IMG/VR virus record: IMGVR_UViG_3300021093_000006
DNA length: 64,000 nt
From: a virus
Reading direction: 5' to 3' (one strand)
Position numbers and translations under genes: made by a program. Positions within the stretch are counted from its first letter, which is position 1. Each line of letters opens with the position of its first letter. A model generated the notes under the pieces. The model worked only from the letters and a program-made list of their open reading frames with translations, made no database searches and was not told where the DNA came from. Shown here piece by piece: positions 10,289 to 18,463 of the stretch.

Positions 10289-11398
10289 TTAATTATAGAT
10301 TCTTATTTCGATAGGTAAATCGCCAAAGTATGGTGTTGAGCTTGTGTCACCATCATATTTTGTAATTATAAATTCTATAACACTATTAGTTTGTACAATT
10401 CCTGTTACCATATAAAGTGCAGTACCACCACCAAATGAGGTAGGTTCAATTGAAATTTTAGGGTTAGTGAATCCAAAAAGTTTAGTTGCGTGTAGTGTTG
10501 CATTGTAAGGGTTACTCCATTCAATATCATTAGGGCTTAGGTTAGAACCGTCACCAATAGTATTTTCAAGTTGTGTAACACTAAATGATCCTAAGCTATA
10601 GGTAAGTAAAACTTTATATATTGTATAATTAACAGATGGTGTACCTCCAGTATAAAAACCACTAACATTAAAAGTACCTCCCGTATTGTTTGTAAATGTC
10701 GCAACTCCATTTGAATATGTCCCACCAGTTAAATACGTATCGGGGTCTATTGGTAAATTCTGATATGTTGTTGCTGATATTGTATTTGCACTTAAACCAT
10801 TTGTGAATATTGTAGATCCATTAACCGTTCCTCCAGTAAAATGAGGTACAGATTGCCAAGTGGCATTACCACTTATATCTGATGTTAAAACATATCCATT
10901 GTTTGCACCAGATGTTACTTGTAAATTTGTTGTTTTTGTTTTACCACCTACATCAAGTTTTTCTGTTGGGGTTGTTGTCCCAACACCTAATCTCTTATTT
11001 GTATTGTCCCAAAATAATGAATTATCTTGTTGTAAACTTGTACCGCTTTGAAATAAAATCCTACCATTTCCCCCATTTGATATTTGGGTTGACCCAACGG
11101 TAAGTGATGTATTAGTATTACCTGTTAAAGAACTGATATTTACTGTATAGGCAGATAATTGATCATTTCTATCAAAATAAATGATACCATTATTATATGT
11201 TGCAGCAGTGGTGTAAAAATCATTAATAATGGTAGTATTAGTTCCTCCAGTTGGGTTTATTAGTGTCAATACATTATTTTGATATGTTACGCCACTAACA
11301 CCAAAACTTTGTAGATAATATAAATTATCATCCATTTCTTTAATGGTTAATTTTGAACCTTTATCATTTGGACCATAAAATCTAGTAATTAATCCCAT
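10289..11398 (-). CDS. Tail fibre-like virion protein
   Basis: N-terminal R..KGSKLT..EMDDN anchor; RLGVGTTTPTEKLDVGG and GYVLTSDISGNATWQ fibre motifs; Thr/Gly-rich with repeated TGGT. Confidence 0.7.
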   Translation of the reverse strand: MGLITRFYGPNDKGSKLTIKEMDDNLYYLQSFGVSGVTYQNNVLTLINPTGGTNTTIINDFYTTAATYNNGIIYFDRNDQLSAYTVNISSLTGNTNTSLTVGSTQISNGGNGRILFQSGTSLQQDNSLFWDNTNKRLGVGTTTPTEKLDVGGKTKTTNLQVTSGANNGYVLTSDISGNATWQSVPHFTGGTVNGSTIFTNGLSANTISATTYQNLPIDPDTYLTGGTYSNGVATFTNNTGGTFNVSGFYTGGTPSVNYTIYKVLLTYSLGSFSVTQLENTIGDGSNLSPNDIEWSNPYNATLHATKLFGFTNPKISIEPTSFGGGTALYMVTGIVQTNSVIEFIITKYDGDTSSTPYFGDLPIEIRIYN

Positions 11399-11433
11399 AA
11401 TTTTTTATTTTATAAATATCATATATTTTTTTA

Positions 11434-13152
11434 TTATTCGAAATAACCATCGATATAATCACACTCAACATAATTATTAACACATGTTGGGTAAAATGTT
11501 CCACTAGTTTGATTATATTCTTCTCTAATGGTAGTAACATCTAATCCACAACCATATAATTTAAATGTCGATACCTTACCTTCAAAAGTACCTGCGAAAT
11601 TTTCTTGTAAAAATAAATTTTCATCTCGAACATCAGGACCATTAACAGTATTAGATTCTATCAATCCTTGTGTCCCACCACCCCAACTATAATTAAAAGG
11701 AACTCCTTGTTGTTTTTCTCTGTGTTCATTTAATTCTCTAAATAAAAATTCGTCAAAATCTTCTAAAGTCCATTTTAAATAACCATCTATATAAACAGTT
11801 AATTGACCTTTTCTTCTAGGTAATGTCTCTAAAATACAACCAATATATTGTTCATAGGGTTTGAATCTTACCGCCACGTGTGTCCATCTATCTGTAGTAA
11901 CTATTCCACTTAAACTATAACATTCGTAAATACTTGCACCTGTAATATATTCAGTTGTTACAGTTGTTGCAGTTGTTGTACCAGTACATCCACACCCACA
12001 TTGTTCGTGACAATCCACTATCGTAGTTGCCGTTACTGCCGAACACACACCAGTAGATATCACAGTTCTGAATCCAACACTACCATCATCCGTAATTCTA
12101 AATCCTAATGCATTGTATACAATATCAGCGTTTCTATCTTTTTCACTAATTATTTCAGTAGTAATACCAGTAAAACAACAACACCCTTGTGGTTGATACA
12201 CTAAAAATGGATTATTATTCAACACTTCAACTGATTCAACTGGTGGGGGTAAAGGATAACCTGATGATGTTGTATATCCTGTTTCACCACTAAATTGATT
12301 CCAAAATTTATTTTCTGATCTAGTACCCATATAAAAGAAAAATCCTTTATTATTGGGATAAAAATTATTTAATGTGTTCCCACTACAACTAGTAGATTTT
12401 TTATTTAACCAAAATGTTGCCGTCCAACCATCCAAACAAGGTAACCCACCTAATCTATCGGGTAATATTTGATAGTTATACGGAACAGGTTTTAATTTTA
12501 AATAACATTCATATGCCTTATTAGGGTCAATACCACATCCATGACTTGCACCACTACTACAACAATCAGTTATAGTTGTTCCAGTACATATTGTAGGACA
12601 CCTAAACCAATCTAAAGGCCAAGTAAATTTGTTATCAGTTATCTCATCAAAATATGTTTTATCCGATAATTTAAAAAATCCTTGATAAAATCCACCACAA
12701 AGATCTGAATACCTACCATTTAAATCAGTAATAACATCTATTGGGTATTCATAAGTGCAACCAGTAACTCTAGTCATAGAAAATCTAGTATCTGCCGAAC
12801 TTAAAAATAGTGTAGATCCTGTAAATGCCGATAAAAATGTTTGTCCACTTGTAGGTGCGTTACAATCATAAGTTATAAAACCATTGTCAATACCTGTTAA
12901 TCCTATATCGTATAAAGTAACACCACTACCATTTATTGTCGCACCTGTCCAAGTAGTTAAACTATAAATGGTATCGCCAGAATATGATGCATCATTATTT
13001 ATATCCATATCTATTAGGATACATTCATCTAAAATTAAATCATTGTCTTGTTCGTCTGTACAATCATAACATAAAAATAAGTCCCAGTAATCACTATTAC
13101 TAAGTCTCATCTTTAAACAATTGTCAAAATTATGTTGGTATATATTACTCAT
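11434..13152 (-). CDS. Cys-rich virion protein with LamG/concanavalin-A-like domain
   Basis: WTATFWL, WTHVAV, LTVYIDG, FEGKVSTFKLY..LD.TTIREEY follow the LamG fold pattern; about 28 Cys. Confidence 0.6.
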   Translation of the reverse strand: MSNIYQHNFDNCLKMRLSNSDYWDLFLCYDCTDEQDNDLILDECILIDMDINNDASYSGDTIYSLTTWTGATINGSGVTLYDIGLTGIDNGFITYDCNAPTSGQTFLSAFTGSTLFLSSADTRFSMTRVTGCTYEYPIDVITDLNGRYSDLCGGFYQGFFKLSDKTYFDEITDNKFTWPLDWFRCPTICTGTTITDCCSSGASHGCGIDPNKAYECYLKLKPVPYNYQILPDRLGGLPCLDGWTATFWLNKKSTSCSGNTLNNFYPNNKGFFFYMGTRSENKFWNQFSGETGYTTSSGYPLPPPVESVEVLNNNPFLVYQPQGCCCFTGITTEIISEKDRNADIVYNALGFRITDDGSVGFRTVISTGVCSAVTATTIVDCHEQCGCGCTGTTTATTVTTEYITGASIYECYSLSGIVTTDRWTHVAVRFKPYEQYIGCILETLPRRKGQLTVYIDGYLKWTLEDFDEFLFRELNEHREKQQGVPFNYSWGGGTQGLIESNTVNGPDVRDENLFLQENFAGTFEGKVSTFKLYGCGLDVTTIREEYNQTSGTFYPTCVNNYVECDYIDGYFE

Positions 13153-15236
13153 CTAATTAAATATAAGGCGATATCTGTATTAATATCTTTCATTTTTATC
13201 CACCTACTAGGTATTTGTTGATTTTTTAATATCCTAACTTGACCTACTAAACCTACAACATTCCATTCTGGTCTTTGTGATCTAGGTGTGTATGTTAAAT
13301 TAGGATCAAAATTATTACTAATTTTTGGACGTTGTTCTGTTATTGTTTTATAAATAGTATCACCACTTTCATTTATATAATCAGGTATTTCATATGAATA
13401 ATCTTCCATTACATATCTTCCCCATTCATCTTTTTCATATTTTCCTACCCATTCATCTGCGGTACCATCTTCATTATTTCCTATAAGTGTGGGATTAGAT
13501 GAAATTACACCTATCGCATTATTTGCGTCAACACAAACTTTTATTTTATCATCTTCTAATTCCACAACAGTTCCAAAAGGTAATGAATCACCAGATAACG
13601 ATTCAAAATATTCTGCGTAATCGGCACCTGAGTTATATGTGGCACCTGCCCCATAAACATTACCTGCCGAATCTACTCTAAAAGCGTTTGCCCTAGCAGC
13701 ATTTGATGTACCTCTACCTATTATAAAGTATTGATTTGCGTTTGTTGTGTTATTCCATCTACCTGAAACATGTTGGTATGGTTCGTAAGTAATTGTACCA
13801 TATCCTTCTGAATGTGAATAACTTGTAATGGCAGAAGTACTTAATCCTTCAGCATGTGATCCAGTACCCACTGATCTTGTTGACCCACCTTCAGCATGTG
13901 AATTAGCACCTTGAGAAATTGTACCACCACCTTCTGCATGTGATTGATTTCCTGATGCCAAAGTATTTACACCTTCAGAATGAGATCCAAGTCCTGAAGC
14001 GGAAGTAATTATTCCTTCTGCATGTGAATAGTTTCCTGATGCCGTTGTTAATTGACCTTCAGAGTGAGAAGATTGTCCAGATGCGATTGTGGATGTACCT
14101 TCAGCGTGAGAATAATCTCCTGATGCCGTTGTTTCACTACCTTCAGCGTGAGAAGCATCTCCTGATGCAATTGTTTCACTACCTTCAGCGTGAGAAGCAT
14201 CTCCTGATGCAATTGTTTCACTACCTTCAGCGTGAGAAGCATCTCCAACCGCAGATGTTTTTGATCCTTCAGCGTGAGAGACTAACCCAATTGCCAATGT
14301 TAGATTTCCTTCAGCGTGTGATTTATTTCCTGATGCCGTTGTTTTATTACCTTCAGCGTGTGAGTAATATCCTGATGCGATTACCTCATTACCAAATGCA
14401 AATGATGTTATACCTGTGGCAGATGAACCAGTAGACTGAACACTATCCCAAACAGTTATAGGTTCACCTTTAAGACCAGTTATAGGTGAACATCCTTTAA
14501 GGTTAGCTACGTTTAACGTATTAAAACAAATACCTGTAATGACTGATGATAAATCTGACCAACTACCCTTACCTGTATCATCTATTTGAGTTAGGATATA
14601 ATTTGTTGTTGCAGAACTTGCGCCATCAGTAATAGTTATTTTATTCGTAATTAATCTTCCGTCTACGGTAATATTTTCTTTTGACGAAATATAATCTAAA
14701 GGTCCTTTATAGTCTAAAGTTCCCGCAGAAAAATTTTCTTGTATTGCGTTTGTAATTCCACTTATTATACCACCTGATGATACTATATTATTAAAACTAT
14801 ATGTAATTGAATACCCAGTGTATTGTGTACCTATTATATAATCACCAGTATATCCAGTTTGCGTTAAAGTCCAAAAAGGACCTACTGTTTGTGTTTCCGC
14901 ACTTAATGGGGTTATTGGTAATGTTAAACCAGAAGTATAAACACTAAATAAAGGATTTGACCAAGTTGATCCACTAAACGGATCAAATGATGGATTATAG
15001 TTAGGTGATAATGGATTGGCAACGTCAAAAACAGTTGTACCTGTATTACCACTTAAAACTGCGTTCTGATTAGACACAATTCCTAAAGAAACTTTTGTGG
15101 CGACATTAACTCCAGTTGGGTATCCACTAAAAGGAATTCCTGCCTGAATTTTACCGTCAAAAGTGGCGGTTTCACCTGTTATTATTTTTGATTGTCTTGA
15201 AAGATCTAATAATGTAGTAAATTTATTTATCGGCAT
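13149..15236 (-). CDS. Trimeric tail fibre/spike with YadA-like SHAEG repeats and C-terminal peptidase G2-type chaperone
   Basis: About 14 repeats of 14 aa (S/A-HAEG..T.ASG). C-terminal GADYAEYFE...GVIS..P...PEWNVVGLVGQVRI as in phi29 gp12-type intramolecular chaperones. Confidence 0.85.
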   Translation of the reverse strand: MPINKFTTLLDLSRQSKIITGETATFDGKIQAGIPFSGYPTGVNVATKVSLGIVSNQNAVLSGNTGTTVFDVANPLSPNYNPSFDPFSGSTWSNPLFSVYTSGLTLPITPLSAETQTVGPFWTLTQTGYTGDYIIGTQYTGYSITYSFNNIVSSGGIISGITNAIQENFSAGTLDYKGPLDYISSKENITVDGRLITNKITITDGASSATTNYILTQIDDTGKGSWSDLSSVITGICFNTLNVANLKGCSPITGLKGEPITVWDSVQSTGSSATGITSFAFGNEVIASGYYSHAEGNKTTASGNKSHAEGNLTLAIGLVSHAEGSKTSAVGDASHAEGSETIASGDASHAEGSETIASGDASHAEGSETTASGDYSHAEGTSTIASGQSSHSEGQLTTASGNYSHAEGIITSASGLGSHSEGVNTLASGNQSHAEGGGTISQGANSHAEGGSTRSVGTGSHAEGLSTSAITSYSHSEGYGTITYEPYQHVSGRWNNTTNANQYFIIGRGTSNAARANAFRVDSAGNVYGAGATYNSGADYAEYFESLSGDSLPFGTVVELEDDKIKVCVDANNAIGVISSNPTLIGNNEDGTADEWVGKYEKDEWGRYVMEDYSYEIPDYINESGDTIYKTITEQRPKISNNFDPNLTYTPRSQRPEWNVVGLVGQVRILKNQQIPSRWIKMKDINTDIALYLIR
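14130..14246. repeat. Perfect 42-bp tandem repeat (about 2.8 copies)
   Basis: Unit TGTTTCACTACCTTCAGCGTGAGAAGCATCTCCTGATGCAAT starts at 14130, 14172 and 14214 (third copy partial); encodes HAEGSETIASGDAS. Confidence 0.95.
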
Positions 15237-15250
15237 AACTTTATTTTAAA

Positions 15251-15278
15251 ATAAATATTTAGATTTCTGATATATTTA
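15251..15278. promoter_or_regulatory. Divergent pair of ATATTTAT motifs (putative late promoters)
   Basis: ATAAATATT at 15251 faces the fibre gene; GATATTTATA at 15269 faces ORF 15296. Confidence 0.5.
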
Positions 15279-15295
15279 TATAAAAAAACTTTATT

Positions 15296-15970
15296 ATGGG
15301 TAAAAGATTTAAAAAGTCCGAAATAAAAAATTATTTAACAGAAAAAAGATTAGATGAATTAATAGGAACTAATGGTGCATTAATTAGTAGAACTAATAAT
15401 TATAAACAAAGTAGAAATACCATCAAATCTAAAAAGACTACTGACGACTACGTAAGAAGTTCAACTCAAGGACCTGAGGCATATTTTATTTACGGTGGAC
15501 CTTATTATGGGGTAAATTATTCATATGTTGTTAATGAAGAAGAAGAAATTTTAGATATAGATACTAATGATTTTTTTGAAAAATTAGATGTTACTCCACC
15601 TAAAAATTACAATACATATATGGAACATGAAATAAATGAAGAGGAAGATTCTATGAAATCTTTGGTGGACGAAATTATTAGAAAAAAAAAAGACGATTCT
15701 AAAGATTTTGTAAAAAAAATGAGAGAAACTGAAGTAATGATGGATAGAATAACTATTCCTGATATAAGTGAATTAAAAGATATTCATGAAAAACCAATAG
15801 TAATAAGGAAAATAAATAGTTTATTAGATTTAATACATAAAGAAAATATAGTTGGTGACGAACTAACTATTCTTTTAAACCATCTTGTCGATAATTTAGA
15901 TATTTATAGTATATCAGAAGAACATAGGGAAATTATTGGAGATAAAATTAAATATGGCGAAGAGAAATAA
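15296..15970 (+). CDS. Hypothetical protein, probably head-associated
   Basis: 224 aa ORF in a tightly packed operon; basic N-terminus followed by LTE/LDE/VNE/INE sites. Confidence 0.6.
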   Translation: MGKRFKKSEIKNYLTEKRLDELIGTNGALISRTNNYKQSRNTIKSKKTTDDYVRSSTQGPEAYFIYGGPYYGVNYSYVVNEEEEILDIDTNDFFEKLDVTPPKNYNTYMEHEINEEEDSMKSLVDEIIRKKKDDSKDFVKKMRETEVMMDRITIPDISELKDIHEKPIVIRKINSLLDLIHKENIVGDELTILLNHLVDNLDIYSISEEHREIIGDKIKYGEEK

Positions 15971-16502
15971 AAATAAAGGTGGTAATAGTAAATTACATGG
16001 TAAGTATTATAACTGCCCTAATTATGTAATTAATGCGGTTAGTAATGCAGTAAAAACTTATGAAACACTTAAAAAAGAAGATATTAACAATAATAAACCT
16101 ACTGAAGGTTATAAAAGGGCAAAAGGTATTCTAGAAAATAAAAAAATAGAATACAAACAAATGAAAAGAATAAAAAACTGGTTTGATAATTATGATGGTG
16201 ATCACAAAGACATTGAATATAGACTTAATGGTGGTAAAACAATGCATAATTGGGTTGATTCTACTTTAAATAAAGAAACTTTGGCGCTAAAAGGACCTAA
16301 AAAAATAAAAAGTGAAACAGGTTTATCAAACCAATTTATCAAACAACATGAAAAAGATAATACTAAAATTAATAAACATTCTTTAAAAATGAAAATACCA
16401 AAACTAAGTAAAGATATTAGTGGACAAGTATGGAGAGGTAAACCTGTTTACGAAGAGATTTTAAGAATGCAAAAATTAATAATATACGAATCTAAAATTT
16501 AA
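15936..16502 (+). CDS. Hypothetical basic protein (likely start ATG 15954)
   Basis: EGYKRAKGIL...MKRIKNWF...GGKTMHNWV resembles a helical domain seen in phage head-related proteins; recalled, not verified. Confidence 0.55.
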   Translation: MEIKLNMAKRNKNKGGNSKLHGKYYNCPNYVINAVSNAVKTYETLKKEDINNNKPTEGYKRAKGILENKKIEYKQMKRIKNWFDNYDGDHKDIEYRLNGGKTMHNWVDSTLNKETLALKGPKKIKSETGLSNQFIKQHEKDNTKINKHSLKMKIPKLSKDISGQVWRGKPVYEEILRMQKLIIYESKI

Positions 16503-16506
16503 AATT

Positions 16507-16827
16507 ATGGGAAAGACTAAATTAATGGAATTAGGAGATCAATTTAGAGTTGATAACGTTATTAAAAACGTTTATCTAAATAGTGATGGAAAAAGATACG
16601 GACCTACACACCCAAATGCACTTTCAAATGGTGATGAAAAAGGTAAAGGTACCTCCTCAAATGCTGACGCTTTAAACAGTTCAACTGGCGGTGGTTCGGT
16701 AGATATTGCAGCTAGACAAGATATGATAGCTAGAAATGAATCAAAATATGGTAGTACAACAGGACCTAACGGATATGGTCCAAGTAAACCTTATTTTCCA
16801 AACTACATTTTAAATAATAATCAATAA
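16507..16827 (+). CDS. Hypothetical Gly/Asn/Ser-rich protein
   Basis: 106 aa ORF, tight operon spacing. Confidence 0.6.
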   Translation: MGKTKLMELGDQFRVDNVIKNVYLNSDGKRYGPTHPNALSNGDEKGKGTSSNADALNSSTGGGSVDIAARQDMIARNESKYGSTTGPNGYGPSKPYFPNYILNNNQ

Positions 16828-16835
16828 AATTTAAA

Positions 16836-17204
16836 ATGAAACTTTACAATTTAGCTGAAGGACTTATACTTGAGGTAGCAAACAGAAACTCTATTATGAA
16901 AATAATGGATGGTAAACGTTTGGCATCTGTATATTATGATGATGGAGAAGATCCTGAAGGTAAGAATAAAAGATGGATTGAAATATATTGTTATGGGGTA
17001 TCAAAAGCGGGTAACGATATGGTTAGAGTTTACCAAATAGGTGGAGATACTAAAACGATTCAACCTGGTTGGAAAACTTTTAGAATTGATAGGATGAATA
17101 ATTTAGAAATGTTAGGTGGTAAATTTTATGAACCTAGATCTTTATTCAATCCTAGTGGTGATAAAGATATGATACAGATATATAAGATATTAAAATTCGA
17201 CTAA
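16836..17204 (+). CDS. Stand-alone WYL-like domain protein
   Basis: SVYYD...KRWIEIYCYG...MVRVYQ...GWKTFRIDRMNNLE; the W.TFR.DR motif is characteristic of the WYL domain C-terminus. Confidence 0.7.
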   Translation: MKLYNLAEGLILEVANRNSIMKIMDGKRLASVYYDDGEDPEGKNKRWIEIYCYGVSKAGNDMVRVYQIGGDTKTIQPGWKTFRIDRMNNLEMLGGKFYEPRSLFNPSGDKDMIQIYKILKFD

Positions 17205-17205
17205 T

Positions 17206-17763
17206 ATGAGTAATGCAAATAGATTAAAAGAAATTTTAAGTAGATCAAAAGCAGTTATGCAAGTTACTGAGCAAAATTATGGTTCTACTTCTAATAGTAA
17301 TCAAACTACTAATTATGGTAGTGAAGAAAAAGAAATACCTAATTTAACAGAAAATTTTATTAATAACCATAGGAATTCAAGTAATTCAGTTGCACCTGTT
17401 AATGGTAGATATAGAAATTTAGATAAATCAAAAATGCCAGATGTCATTAAAAAGGCAATGATTGATAACCCAATTGAAATTCCTGAGACACCATTCCACA
17501 CATTTGAGTTAGATGATGTTTCCGATTTATTAGAATCTACAAACAATAAAAAACCTGTTATTAAAGAAACTATCAATTCTAATAAAAATAGTAGTATTAA
17601 TGAAAATACTATTAGAAAAATTGTTAGAGAAGAAATGGAAGATTTAGTAAGATCAGTAATTGAAGAGTATTTTGATAAATCTTTAATGACTGAAGATATA
17701 CAAATTAAAGTAGGTGGGACAACCTTTTCAGGAAAACTTAAACCACTACCTAAAAGAAAATAA
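17206..17763 (+). CDS. Hypothetical protein
   Basis: 185 aa ORF, last gene of the operon before a terminator. Confidence 0.6.
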   Translation: MSNANRLKEILSRSKAVMQVTEQNYGSTSNSNQTTNYGSEEKEIPNLTENFINNHRNSSNSVAPVNGRYRNLDKSKMPDVIKKAMIDNPIEIPETPFHTFELDDVSDLLESTNNKKPVIKETINSNKNSSINENTIRKIVREEMEDLVRSVIEEYFDKSLMTEDIQIKVGGTTFSGKLKPLPKRK

Positions 17764-17788
17764 AAAACCCTCAAATGAGGGTTTTTTA
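17762..17788. terminator. Bidirectional intrinsic terminator
   Basis: AAAAAACCCTC-AAAT-GAGGGTTTTTT between convergent genes. Confidence 0.85.
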
Positions 17789-18361
17789 TTATTTAGATAT
17801 TTGTTCTTTTAAATCATCTAAACCTTCTTGTATTTGAGACTTAGGTATCCAAAAAGTTAAATCACCTATTTCTTCTATTTTAAGTTTAAGCATTTTTTTA
17901 AATACTTCTACATCTTCTTTATTTTTTACATATGGTATATTAAGTGCCTTAGAACAAACTGGACCCACACCAGTTGCTTGAGATCTCCAATCAGTCAAAT
18001 CTTTACCACAACATCTACAAGATGAAACATCTGACGTATTCATTCTACCAACAACTTGATAAGCTTTTTGAGTCTCCTTTAAAACTTTAGAGATTGTAAC
18101 CAAAAATGGATTAAATTCTAAATTGTTTTCTTTAGCAATTCTTTTTGCGATGAATTTACTAACTTTAAGATTGACATTAATTTCTTTTTCAGAAGATTCC
18201 TTTTTTTCTTGTTTAATAAATTTAGAGAAGAAATTTGATGCCGCCTCTATTTGTTTTGTTGTTAATGAACCATATTTATTAAGTCCATTTTGTAAAGAAA
18301 GGATAAAATTATTATTACCCTTATACTCTTTCACATTCTGCTCAACCGTTAACTTTTCCAT
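17789..18361 (-). CDS. Protein with DUF6011-like zinc ribbon, paralogous to the helicase N-terminus
   Basis: CRCCGKDLTDWRSQATGVGPVC zinc ribbon; flanking segments align by eye with the SNF2 N-terminal region. Confidence 0.6.
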   Translation of the reverse strand: MEKLTVEQNVKEYKGNNNFILSLQNGLNKYGSLTTKQIEAASNFFSKFIKQEKKESSEKEINVNLKVSKFIAKRIAKENNLEFNPFLVTISKVLKETQKAYQVVGRMNTSDVSSCRCCGKDLTDWRSQATGVGPVCSKALNIPYVKNKEDVEVFKKMLKLKIEEIGDLTFWIPKSQIQEGLDDLKEQISK

Positions 18362-18463
18362 AGGTATTTGATTTATTTTGATTTATAATGTAAAGGTAAT
18401 AAAAAAAATAATACCATTTAATTTTTTAACATTTTTTTATATTTATTTAAAAAAATATATTTT

